Assembly (NCBI GenBank): GCA_963763845.1
Contig: CAVXPX010000021.1
Coordinates: forward strand, 183,281-247,280
DNA: 64,000 nucleotides
DNA from: an uncultured Acidobacteriota bacterium
GTDB taxonomy: Bacteria > Acidobacteriota > Terriglobia > Terriglobales > Acidobacteriaceae
Reading direction: 5' to 3'
Shown here: positions 27,544 through 36,603 of the stretch, one piece after another
Numbering within the stretch: the first letter of the stretch is position 1
Layout: the number at the start of each line of letters is the position of its first letter
The notes under the pieces: model-generated
The model's input: only the letters and a program-made list of their open reading frames with translations
Database searches by the model: none
Told to the model about the DNA's origin: nothing
Program-made: the position numbers and the translations under genes

Positions 27544-27572
27544 TTTTTCACCAACAAAGGGCACGAAGGAGG
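27544..27572 (+). repeat. REP-B unit
   Basis: tttttcaccaacaaagggcacgaaggagg. Confidence 0.55.
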
Positions 27573-27580
27573 TCTTGGCC

Positions 27581-28246
27581 CTATTTTTTGGCGTGAAACG
27601 GAGAGAGCCACACGCGCTCCGAGGCGGCAGGGCCGAGAGAGACGGTTCCGGCAGGAGTGGCGAGCGTGAGAGTCTTGTCATAATTGCGCTCGAGGACCTT
27701 CAATTTTGCGCCAGGGCGGATGCCGCGGTGTTCGAGGAATTCGAGCAATCCGCGATCTCGTTCGTAGATTCCGCTGACGGAGTAGTTGATCTCAAGTTCA
27801 GCATCGGCGAGCAGGACGAGTCCGCGACGGCGGCGGCTAGCGGAGCTTTCCATTTCGCTAAGATTGCCGTGCGGGCAGGCTCCAGCCGAGCCTAATCTAG
27901 CGAGGAGCTTAGCTTCGAAATCCGTGGAAACCGCGTGTTCGAGGCGCTCCGCCTCATCGTGAACCTTCCACCATTCCATGCCGAACATTTCAGAGAGCAT
28001 GCGCTCGATCAGGTGGTGACGGAGCATGAGTTTCCGCGCGATCTTTCGTCCCTCGGTGGTGAGGCGAACCTCGCCGCTGGATTCAACTCGGACGAGGCCG
28101 TCTTTCTTGAGCCGACGGAGAGCCATGGTGACCGCAGGCGGCGAGACGTTCAGCAAGTGCGCCAGACGAGCGGAGATGACGGTTTCGCCTTCGGTTTCGG
28201 CTTCGAGGATGGACTTAAGGTAGTCCTCCTTGGAGACGGTGATCAT
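27581..28246 (-). CDS. DtxR/MntR-family metal-dependent regulator with C-terminal FeoA/SH3-like domain
   Basis: EDYLKSILEAETEGETVISARLAHLLNVSPPAVTMALRRLKKDGLV, then RHHLIERML ... VHDEAERLEH metal-site region. Confidence 0.9.
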   Translation of the reverse strand: MITVSKEDYLKSILEAETEGETVISARLAHLLNVSPPAVTMALRRLKKDGLVRVESSGEVRLTTEGRKIARKLMLRHHLIERMLSEMFGMEWWKVHDEAERLEHAVSTDFEAKLLARLGSAGACPHGNLSEMESSASRRRRGLVLLADAELEINYSVSGIYERDRGLLEFLEHRGIRPGAKLKVLERNYDKTLTLATPAGTVSLGPAASERVWLSPFHAKK

Positions 28247-28270
28247 TTGAGAGTGATTATACGATGCGGG

Positions 28271-28286
28271 GTTAATTATGGTTAAT
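28271..28286. promoter_or_regulatory. candidate DtxR/MntR-type operator upstream of the regulator gene itself
   Basis: gttaattatggttaat, 25-40 nt upstream of the ATG at 28246. See 25343..25358. Confidence 0.4.
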
Positions 28287-28573
28287 GCGCGACTGCGTTA
28301 GCGATGAGGTAGCCGCTGAAGAAATGCCGGGGGCCATCGCTCAGGGTTGCCAGGACTCTGTGGCTGAAGAAATACAAAAAGGACAGTCCGGAGCCCCCGA
28401 GACTGTCCCCTCAAACCCTCCCGGTTAGAAGGGCAACGTGATGACTTGAGGGTACTGTCGGGATGTTGCAAACGGATTGCAGAACGATGAATATCTGATG
28501 AATTCGGACTGCTATATTATTCGCTTACGCTGGTTGTGTTGTTTGATGTCTGTCTCCGTGTCGAGAGGATCTG

Positions 28574-29890
28574 ATGCCCACCACTTCCGCGCGTAAAACT
28601 GAACATTCGCGCCGCCTGCAGGAGCGCGCCGAGGCCATGATTCCCGGGGGAGTGAATTCTCCGGTGCGGGCGTTTCGTTCGGTGGATTGCGATCCGTTAT
28701 TTGTGGTGCGCGGCAAAGGATCGCATATCTGGGACGCGGATGAAAACGAATACATCGATTACATCGGATCGTGGGGACCGCTGATTCTAGGACACGCGGA
28801 TCCGACGGTGCTCGATGCGATCGTCGGAGCAGCCTGCAACGGAACTAGTTTTGGGGCATCGACGCCTTCGGAAGCGGATCTGGCCGAGTTGGTGTTAAGC
28901 GCCTTTCCGGACATGCAGAAGGTGCGGTTCGTCAATTCGGGGACGGAAGCGACGATGTCGGCGATCCGCCTGGCACGGGCTTATACGAAGCGCAAGTACA
29001 TCATCAAGTTTGAAGGGTGCTATCACGGGCACGCGGACGCGCTGTTGGTGAAAGCGGGATCGGGTGTGGCGACGCTGGGGATTCCGGGATCGGCGGGCGT
29101 TCCGGAGGAGTTCACGCAGTTTTCGCTGGCGCTTCCGTTCAACAATCTTTCGGCCTTGGAACATGCGTTCCAGAAATTTAAGCACCAGATTGCGTGCGTG
29201 ATCGTCGAGCCGGTGGTGGGAAATATGGGATGCGTTCCGGCGGCGGACGATTATCTGGTCGGGCTGCGATTGATTACGGAACGCGAGCGGTCGGTACTGA
29301 TTTTTGATGAAGTGATGACGGGATTCCGAGTGGCGTTTGGCGGCGCGCAGGAGTTGTACAACATCAAGCCGGATCTGACGACGATGGGAAAGATTATCGG
29401 TGGAGGACTGCCGGTGGGCGCCTACGGTGGTCCGAAGGAGATCATGGATCTGGTTGCGCCGTTGGGCCCGATGTATCAGGCGGGGACGCTGTCGGGGAAT
29501 CCGCTGGCGATGGCCGCGGGATGCGCGATGCTGAAGCAACTGCGTGATCGCAAGGGAGAAATTTATCCCCAACTGGAGAAGCGGAGCGGACAGCTTGTGG
29601 ATGGGGTGGCGGCAGCGGCCAGGGAGGCGGGTGTCCCGCTCTGGCAAAATCGGGTGGGGTCGATGTTTACCTGGTTTTTCCAGGAAGGTCCGGTGACGGA
29701 TTGGGATTCGGCGTCGAAGTCGAATACGGAGGCGTTTGGGAAATTCTTCCGGGTCATGTTGGATGCCGGCGTATATTTACCGCCTTCGCAGTATGAGGCT
29801 GCGTTTCTGGGCGCGACTCACACCGAGGAAGATGTGCAGCGAACGATTGCGGCGGCGAAGCAGGCGTTTGCGGCCGTACGCGGGGGCTAA
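28574..29890 (+). CDS. hemL: glutamate-1-semialdehyde 2,1-aminomutase
   Basis: [39 protein letters not shown], and MGKIIGGG (PLP lysine). Confidence 0.95.
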   Translation: MPTTSARKTEHSRRLQERAEAMIPGGVNSPVRAFRSVDCDPLFVVRGKGSHIWDADENEYIDYIGSWGPLILGHADPTVLDAIVGAACNGTSFGASTPSEADLAELVLSAFPDMQKVRFVNSGTEATMSAIRLARAYTKRKYIIKFEGCYHGHADALLVKAGSGVATLGIPGSAGVPEEFTQFSLALPFNNLSALEHAFQKFKHQIACVIVEPVVGNMGCVPAADDYLVGLRLITERERSVLIFDEVMTGFRVAFGGAQELYNIKPDLTTMGKIIGGGLPVGAYGGPKEIMDLVAPLGPMYQAGTLSGNPLAMAAGCAMLKQLRDRKGEIYPQLEKRSGQLVDGVAAAAREAGVPLWQNRVGSMFTWFFQEGPVTDWDSASKSNTEAFGKFFRVMLDAGVYLPPSQYEAAFLGATHTEEDVQRTIAAAKQAFAAVRGG

Positions 29891-30063
29891 GCCCGGGTTC
29901 TCTCGCCTTACGCGGCACTGAAAGCGCCGCTCTTCCACGATGGGCACGCGATGGCGAGTGTGGGGATTTCTCGCTTCAGCACAAGTCGCAATATCTACTC
30001 CCACGGCTCGCAAGTGCGGCGAGACATGGAGCACCCAGTAACGACCCGAGAACCATAGCACGG

Positions 30064-31104
30064 TCATTTGTGGGACGGCAGGACGCTCCAGATTTCTGGA
30101 TCTTCTGCGCCTAAGACCCACGAGCAGAATCCTTCGAGGCCACGGTCGCGGACCAGGTTCAGGCGCTCCTGGAATCCGCGCTTGTCGGTGTAGAAGACCC
30201 AGTCACGCTGGTCGTCACGGTAGAAATAAAACCAAGACACCCGGTCAGTGGGATCCCACTCGATCTGGGGATGATAGGCGCTCAGATATTCATCGATCTC
30301 CTGCTGGCCGATATAGTCGGCGGTTGGATCGGGTTTGTCGTTCACAGGCTCTCCGGCGTACCAGTGATATGCATAGATCGGAATTCCCATCGACAGTTTT
30401 TCTTTCGGAACGAATTGCAGGGCGTAGTCAACGTTGCGGACTGTCCAGGGATAGCCGGCGACGGGGCCGGGCATGGTCCAGCGCGTGTTCTGGTCGTAGG
30501 TCATCAGGCAGATCAGGTCGACCGATTGCGCGAGGGCTTTGAGATCGTAGGCTCCGCGCCAGTTCGCATAGAGCCAGTGAGAATAGGGACTATTGCCGGG
30601 ATAGCCTGGCGCGTTGGGGACGGTCGCGATGGTAAGTTGCAGGCGCTCTTTGTGCAGAGCATTCGCGGTTGAAGCGACCAGCGCGGAGAGCAGGTCTCGG
30701 TCGGTCCAGTTCACGTTTTCGAAATCGATCTGGAAGCCGGTGTAACTGTATTTCTTGCATTCACTGAGAAGCCCATTGATGAAGGCGGTCTGTGCGGCTG
30801 GTGTTGTAAGCAGCTTGTGCAGATCGGCTTGAACCATTAGCGCGACGATGGGCATGACCGGGACATGATGATTAGCTGCGGTCTTCAGGACGTCGGGATT
30901 TGGGCCTCCCCAAACGAGGCCGTTACCATCGACCGAATACCAGGCGGGGACAATCAGGTCGATCTTGTCGGCGTGCTCGGTGAACGACTTCACAGAGTTC
31001 GGATTTGTGACCATATAGAAAAGGGATTTCGGTTGGGCGGCGGCAGCACAGGTCGCCAACAGAAGGAATAGGAGTAAGCCCTTCATCACTTTATTGGACC
31101 TCAT
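30064..31104 (-). CDS. secreted glycoside hydrolase family 18-like protein
   Basis: Signal peptide MRSNKVMKGLLLFLLLATCAAAAQ. GFQIDFE corresponds to the GH18 DxxDxDxE region (only the D-x-E part is retained). Confidence 0.7.
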   Translation of the reverse strand: MRSNKVMKGLLLFLLLATCAAAAQPKSLFYMVTNPNSVKSFTEHADKIDLIVPAWYSVDGNGLVWGGPNPDVLKTAANHHVPVMPIVALMVQADLHKLLTTPAAQTAFINGLLSECKKYSYTGFQIDFENVNWTDRDLLSALVASTANALHKERLQLTIATVPNAPGYPGNSPYSHWLYANWRGAYDLKALAQSVDLICLMTYDQNTRWTMPGPVAGYPWTVRNVDYALQFVPKEKLSMGIPIYAYHWYAGEPVNDKPDPTADYIGQQEIDEYLSAYHPQIEWDPTDRVSWFYFYRDDQRDWVFYTDKRGFQERLNLVRDRGLEGFCSWVLGAEDPEIWSVLPSHK

Positions 31105-31191
31105 AATCGGTATCCTTAGTTTCGGATTTGTTCTTTGGAAAATCCTACTTCTCGCAACGGCGGGGAGAAGTGGGGCACCCCTCAGCACGCA

Positions 31192-31920
31192 TCATACTGG
31201 CGTTGCGACGCGTGGAAGATTCCCCAGCATTTGCGGGATGGTCAGGAATTCATAGCCTTCGGATTTGTAGCGTTCGATCAGATTGTTAGTAGCGAGGACT
31301 GTTTGCGAGCGGTCGGAGCCCATCTGCTTGTGGCCGCCATCGTGGAGAAGGATCACGTCGCCGCCGCGAATTTGCCGGCAACACTTCTGTTCAATCACGG
31401 CGGCCGGTGGGGCATTCCAGTCGTAGGCAGTGACATTCCACATCACAGGCTGCAAGCCGAGTTCGCGTGCAATGCGCAAGACAGCGGGCCTCCGTCCGCC
31501 AAATGGCGGACGAAACAGTGTAGACGGCAGATCGACGGCGTCGTGTAAAGCGACGCGGCAATCGGTGAGTTGCTTGAGAATTTCCGCCTCGCTCTTCAGG
31601 GTTAGAAGAGGATGGGTGAAGGTGTGATTGCCAACGACGTGACCGGCAGCGGACACTTCGCGGACGATTTCCGGACGCTGCTTTACATAGCGTCCGATGA
31701 GAAAAAAAGTGGCGTGCACTTCGTGTCTGGCTAGCACTTCGAGCAAACGCATTGTGTGCGGGTCGTTGGGCCCATCGTCGTAGGTAAGAGCGATTTTCTT
31801 GGTTCCGCGAGACAGCCCCGTGAATGTCCGGCCGAACCACTGGCCGGTGGGAGCCATGGATTGATAGCCGGCAGCGACGGCGGCGACGACTGCGGTTCCA
31901 GCCAGAGCGGAGACGAGCAT
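31192..31920 (-). CDS. polysaccharide deacetylase (NodB homology, CE4)
   Basis: IALTYDDGP, ATFFLIG and GNHTFTHP motifs. ATG at 31920 (GTG at 31977 possible). Confidence 0.85.
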   Translation of the reverse strand: MLVSALAGTAVVAAVAAGYQSMAPTGQWFGRTFTGLSRGTKKIALTYDDGPNDPHTMRLLEVLARHEVHATFFLIGRYVKQRPEIVREVSAAGHVVGNHTFTHPLLTLKSEAEILKQLTDCRVALHDAVDLPSTLFRPPFGGRRPAVLRIARELGLQPVMWNVTAYDWNAPPAAVIEQKCCRQIRGGDVILLHDGGHKQMGSDRSQTVLATNNLIERYKSEGYEFLTIPQMLGNLPRVATPV

Positions 31921-32087
31921 GATCCAGATTGTAAATTGTTGATTTTGGATTGTTGAATAAAAACATCTGAGCGCCACGAACTTTTTCTACGGAACCCGCC
32001 ACCATATTTTCGCTGTTAACTCATCGCGCAATTGTCAGTAAAGAGCATCCGAGATATCCTGCGTCTTCCGGGAACAAGCACTCGCCC

Positions 32088-32753
32088 ATGGCCAATCTTT
32101 TCGAGCTACCCCGTTACATTGCAGTGGAAGGTCCGATTCGGGTCGGCAAAAGCACGCTGGCGCACGTTCTGGCAGAGCGACTGAATGCGCAGCGGGTAAT
32201 GGAGCCGGAGACGAATCCGTTTTTGCATGATTTTTACCAGGGAGAGCGGGGCGCGGCGTTCCAGGCGCAATTCACCTTCCTGGTGCGCCGTTTCGAGCAA
32301 CTGCAGGCTCTGGATCTTGGCCCACGATCGCAGAAAACGGTTGTCGCCGATTTCATCTTCGAGAAAGACAAGTTATTCGCCTGCCTGAATCTGACGGACC
32401 AGGAACTCGATACATACAACCGGTACTACAATTATTTTCGCGATCAACTGCCGACTCCGGATCTCGTCATCTATCTTCAAGCCACGCCGGAGGTCCTGAA
32501 AAAGCGGCTGAAGAAAAAGAATGCCCCGGGAGAACGAGCGGTCAGTGAAGAGTATTTGGAAGAAGTCGTCAAAGCGTATGAGCATTTCTTCTTTCACTAC
32601 ACGTCTTCGGACCTTCTGATCGTGAACACGTCAGAGATTGATTTCGTCGACCGCAACGAAGATCTGCAGGAACTCCTTCGCAAAGTCACCGAGCCGATCA
32701 AGGGGACGCAATATTTTCTTCCCCTGGGCGGACAGGAAGCGGCGAGCGTATAG
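32088..32753 (+). CDS. deoxynucleoside kinase family protein
   Basis: P-loop IAVEGPIRVGKST, then the ERS/DRY-like region FIFEKD and lid region. Confidence 0.8.
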   Translation: MANLFELPRYIAVEGPIRVGKSTLAHVLAERLNAQRVMEPETNPFLHDFYQGERGAAFQAQFTFLVRRFEQLQALDLGPRSQKTVVADFIFEKDKLFACLNLTDQELDTYNRYYNYFRDQLPTPDLVIYLQATPEVLKKRLKKKNAPGERAVSEEYLEEVVKAYEHFFFHYTSSDLLIVNTSEIDFVDRNEDLQELLRKVTEPIKGTQYFLPLGGQEAASV

Positions 32754-32905
32754 CGGGCTGCGGCAAGCGCGGCCTGAACTGGCATCCTTAGTCCTACCGA
32801 TCAGCCTTATCCATATCCGTCAGCCTGAAATCGCGAACTGGGCGGCCTTGCTCAGGTCCGCCGGCCTGTGAAAAACTATCAGCTACTCTCTTCAACTTAA
32901 ATCCT

Positions 32906-34315
32906 ATGGCAGCAGCACGCACTTTATTCGAGAAGATCTGGGAGGCGCATCTAGTCTCGCAACCCGCCGGGCGTTCTCCGATTATTTATATCGATTTGCA
33001 CCTGGTGCACGAGGTGACTTCACCGCAAGCCTTTGACGGATTACGGGCGGCTGGCAGGAAACTCCGGCAGCCGCTGCGAACCATCGCGACGGTCGATCAC
33101 AATATTCCAACCGAGCCACGCGGAACGCCAATTACGGACCTGATCGCCGCCAAGCAGATCGCCGCGCTGCGGGCGAACTGCGAGGAATTTGGCGTTCGGC
33201 TATTTGACATTGATGCTCCGGAGCAGGGGATCGTGCATGTGATTGGTCCGGAGTTGGGATTGACGCAACCGGGAATGACGATCGTCTGCGGCGACAGCCA
33301 CACCAGCACCCACGGCGCGTTCGGAGCTTTGGCCTTTGGAATCGGGACTTCGGAGGTGGAGCACGTTCTTGCGACGCAGTGCCTGGCGCAGCAAAAGCCG
33401 AAGACGATGAAGATCGACGTGCGCGGGAAACTGGCTGACGGCGTCATGTCGAAGGATTTGGTTCTCGGGATCATCGGGCAGATCGGGATCGATGGAGCGA
33501 CCGGGCACGTCATAGAGTATGCAGGCCCGGCAGTGCGGGCGCTTTCGATGGAAGGGCGCATGACGCTGTGCAATATGAGCATCGAAGCCGGTGCGCGGGC
33601 GGGGATGGTGGCCCCGGATGAGTCGACAATCGCATACGTAAAAGGACGGCGGTTTGCTCCGATTGGCGCGGATTGGGAGAAGGTGGTTGCCTACTGGCGC
33701 AGTCTGCCAACCGATGACGGCGCAAAGTTCGACAAGGTCGTGGAGATCGATGCCGCGCAGTTGTGTCCCTTTGTCACCTGGGGAACGAATCCGGGAATGG
33801 TGGCTCCGGTGACAGGACGCGTGCCCGAAATCAAGGGATTCCAGGAGACGGAACGGCGGGCGGTGGAACTGGCGCTCCAGTACATGGCGCTCGAGCCGGG
33901 ACGACGAATCGAAGACATCAACATCGACCGCGTATTTATAGGATCGTGCACGAATTCGCGGATTGAAGATCTGCGGGCGGCGGCTCGGGTGGCGAGGGGT
34001 CATCGGGTGAGCTCAAAGGTTCGAGCAATGGTGGTTCCGGGATCGCAGGCGGTAAAAAAGGTGGCCGAGCAGGAAGGGCTCGACCGGATTTTTCGCGACG
34101 CCGGATTTGAGTGGCGGGAGTCGGGGTGCTCTATGTGTCTAGGGATGAATCCCGACATCCTGCAGCCGGGCGAACGCTGCGCATCGACCAGCAACCGGAA
34201 CTTTGAAGGGCGGCAGGGACGCGGGGGGCGCACGCACCTAGTGAGTCCGATGATGGCGGCGGCGGCGGCGATTGCTGGGCATTTTACGGATATTCGAAAC
34301 TGGAAGTTTCAGTAG
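32906..34315 (+). CDS. leuC: 3-isopropylmalate dehydratase large subunit
   Basis: [44 protein letters not shown] and CSMCLGMN. Confidence 0.95.
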   Translation: MAAARTLFEKIWEAHLVSQPAGRSPIIYIDLHLVHEVTSPQAFDGLRAAGRKLRQPLRTIATVDHNIPTEPRGTPITDLIAAKQIAALRANCEEFGVRLFDIDAPEQGIVHVIGPELGLTQPGMTIVCGDSHTSTHGAFGALAFGIGTSEVEHVLATQCLAQQKPKTMKIDVRGKLADGVMSKDLVLGIIGQIGIDGATGHVIEYAGPAVRALSMEGRMTLCNMSIEAGARAGMVAPDESTIAYVKGRRFAPIGADWEKVVAYWRSLPTDDGAKFDKVVEIDAAQLCPFVTWGTNPGMVAPVTGRVPEIKGFQETERRAVELALQYMALEPGRRIEDINIDRVFIGSCTNSRIEDLRAAARVARGHRVSSKVRAMVVPGSQAVKKVAEQEGLDRIFRDAGFEWRESGCSMCLGMNPDILQPGERCASTSNRNFEGRQGRGGRTHLVSPMMAAAAAIAGHFTDIRNWKFQ

Positions 34316-34335
34316 TGCGCGTGTGCGCGGGCAAG

Positions 34336-34377
34336 ATGCCCGCGCGACAGCCGGCGAGATGCCGGCGCTACGGTTGG
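34336..34377 (+). repeat. two tandem GC-rich REP hairpins in the leuC-leuD spacer
   Basis: gcgcgggc-aagat-gcccgcgc (34336..34356) and gccggc-gagat-gccggc (34361..34377). Confidence 0.65.
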
Positions 34378-34385
34378 CCGAATTT

Positions 34386-35000
34386 ATGAAACCTTTTACA
34401 GTGCATCGCGGACGGGTGGCGCCTCTGGACCGGGTGAATGTCGATACAGACCAGATCATCCCGAAACAATTTTTGAAGCGAATTGAGAAGACCGGCTTCG
34501 GGCAATTTGTCTTCTATGACTGGCGGTTTGGCACGGATGGGGAAAAAAATCCGGAGTTCGTGCTGCATGAACCGCGATACGAAGGCGCAAGCATCCTGGT
34601 GGCCGGGAAGAATTTCGGATGCGGGTCATCGCGGGAACACGCGGTCTGGGCGCTGGGGGACTTCGGCTTCCGGGCGGTTGTCTCGTCGTCGTTCGCGGAC
34701 ATCTTTGCAAACAACAGCACCAAGAACGGCTTTCTAACGGTGCGGCTCACCGACGATGAAGTGGCCACGCTGATGCGGCGGGCGCAAGAGGTCGACGATT
34801 ATTCCGTCACGATCGACCTGGAGAAGTGCGAAGTACGGGATGACGAGGGATTCCGAGCGCAATTCCCAATCGATGATTTTGTCAGACAGTGTCTGTTGAA
34901 TGGACTGGATGACATCGGGCTCACGCTGCAGCATGAAGACGAAATTGCGCGGTACGAAGCGCGGCATTCCAGTGTCGGCTTCGATAAGGGTGTGAGCTGA
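34386..35000 (+). CDS. leuD: 3-isopropylmalate dehydratase small subunit
   Basis: MKPFTVHRGRVAPLDRVNVDTDQIIPKQFLK ... GKNFGCGSSREHA. Confidence 0.95.
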   Translation: MKPFTVHRGRVAPLDRVNVDTDQIIPKQFLKRIEKTGFGQFVFYDWRFGTDGEKNPEFVLHEPRYEGASILVAGKNFGCGSSREHAVWALGDFGFRAVVSSSFADIFANNSTKNGFLTVRLTDDEVATLMRRAQEVDDYSVTIDLEKCEVRDDEGFRAQFPIDDFVRQCLLNGLDDIGLTLQHEDEIARYEARHSSVGFDKGVS

Positions 35001-35331
35001 AAAAGGAGAGGTCGGCGCGTGAGAAATCGTGAGTTTTCTGCCGATCGCGTCTACCCGGGTAAACGGACCGTCAACGCGGGTAAAAGTATGTAAAACAGCA
35101 GCCTGAGTCCTTGACCTGCCGAGGACCCGCAGTTGATGCTAGAGTGACGCGGTTCTGCCGAAGCAACTGCTCTTTATTGTTGTCGTCCGAGTTAACTTCG
35201 GGGAAGCCCGACCGCTTGGGATCCCTGCGATCGGGCGAGTTGCCGCAACCGAGTTTACAATTGTACGTCTAATACTCGGGGCTCCTACTGAGTTCGGGTC
35301 AAAGGAACGGCGACGGACTAATCCTGTGAAT

Positions 35332-36603
35332 ATGAACTATTGCTCTGGAACAAAAAGACGCGCAGTCATGGTTGTGCGGGTGGCAGTGGTTGTAGCGGCT
35401 GTTGCGCTTCTCGCGCTGGCGATCGGATGCAGCACTGCGGCTGATTCGAAACAGCAGAAGGCGCATGCGGCGGGTCCGCACTCGATTTCTGTCTCGGTTG
35501 CGCAGGTCCAGCGGCAGGACGTGCCTGTTTATCTCACCGGTCTCGGAACCGTAACGGCGTTCAACACGGCGAATATTAAGAGCCGAGTGGACGGACAGAT
35601 CATGAAGGTGAACGTCCGTGAGGGGCAAGATGTCCACGAAGGCGACTTGCTGATCGAGATCGACTCCCGTCCCTACGAAGTGCAGTTGGAACAGATGCAG
35701 GCACAGCTATTCAAAGACCAGGCATCTCTTCGAGACGCCAAGCTGAACCTGGACCGTTACACGGCGCTGATTCCCTCGGGCAGCATTGCACAGCAGCAGG
35801 TGGATACGCAGAAAGCGACCGTCGATCAGCTTGAGGGAACGGTCCGCAACGATCAGGCGCAAATCGATAGCGCGAAGCTCAACATTGTCTATTGCCATAT
35901 TAGGGCGCCGTTCAGCGGCCGGGTTGGACTGCGACAGGTCGATCCGGGAAATATTGTTCATGCGTCAGACACGAACCCAATGCTGATCCTGACGCAACTC
36001 CAGCCGATCGCGGTGATTTTCACACTGCCGGAGGACGTGTTGCAGAGTGTGGCGACGCGCATGAGGAAATCCACGCTGGAGGTGGACGCGTTCAGCCGCG
36101 ACGACCAGACGAAACTGGCAAGCGGAAAGTTGTTGACGATTGACAATCAGATTGATCCGACGACAGGCACGGCGAAGCTGAAGGCGGTGTTTGATAACAG
36201 GGACAGCAAACTCTGGCCGAATCAGTTCGTGAATGCGGACTTGCTGTTGGAGACGCGCAAGAACAGCACCGTGGTGCCAACCGCGGCAGTTTTGCGCGGA
36301 CCCCAGGGAACGTTCGTATACACCGTGAATTCCGACAAAACGGTGCAGGATCACGTGGTGACGATCGCACTGACTCAGGGCGATACGACGGTCGTGACGG
36401 GCGGGCTCAATCCGGGCGATGTTGTCGTAACCGACGGCCAGGACAAACTGCAGACAGGAAGCCACATCGAGCCGCGCAGCGCTGCTCCAAGCGCCGCCAA
36501 GGGGTTGGGCCTTGGCAGTGGGAACCGGCATAGGGCTGCAAACGGCGGCGGGTCGAACTTTTCTGGCACTCCGATTTCCCGCGGACAATCTTCAGGTTCA
36601 TGA
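35332..36603 (+). CDS. mdtA: RND efflux periplasmic adaptor (MdtA-like), lipoprotein
   Basis: Lipobox LALAIGCS. Biotinyl-lipoyl, hairpin and beta-barrel regions (RVDGQI..V.V.EGQ.V..GDLL..ID). The stop overlaps the next ATG (ATGA). Confidence 0.85.
   Translation: MNYCSGTKRRAVMVVRVAVVVAAVALLALAIGCSTAADSKQQKAHAAGPHSISVSVAQVQRQDVPVYLTGLGTVTAFNTANIKSRVDGQIMKVNVREGQDVHEGDLLIEIDSRPYEVQLEQMQAQLFKDQASLRDAKLNLDRYTALIPSGSIAQQQVDTQKATVDQLEGTVRNDQAQIDSAKLNIVYCHIRAPFSGRVGLRQVDPGNIVHASDTNPMLILTQLQPIAVIFTLPEDVLQSVATRMRKSTLEVDAFSRDDQTKLASGKLLTIDNQIDPTTGTAKLKAVFDNRDSKLWPNQFVNADLLLETRKNSTVVPTAAVLRGPQGTFVYTVNSDKTVQDHVVTIALTQGDTTVVTGGLNPGDVVVTDGQDKLQTGSHIEPRSAAPSAAKGLGLGSGNRHRAANGGGSNFSGTPISRGQSSGS

Noticed and set aside
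28376-28412. aaaggacagtccggagccccc resembles the RNase P RNA P4 / SRP RNA motifs (GGAAAGUCCGGGCUCC, GUCCGGAAGG)
   Set aside because: This is only a partial resemblance. The other universally conserved RNase P or SRP segments are absent from the 290-nt region, and the sequence is better explained as a simple 8-bp hairpin.
29777-30121. 114-aa ORF in the hemL / GH18 convergent spacer
   Set aside because: It is Arg-rich, spans REP-like GC-rich hairpin repeats and overlaps both neighbouring gene ends. It is a pseudo-ORF created by repeats.
34906-34918. ggatgacatcggg inside leuD matches the end of the REP-A unit at 23816..23828
   Set aside because: It lies within a well-conserved coding region (GLDDIGL). 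There is no accompanying hairpin or gaaggaYc end, so I treat it as coincidental.
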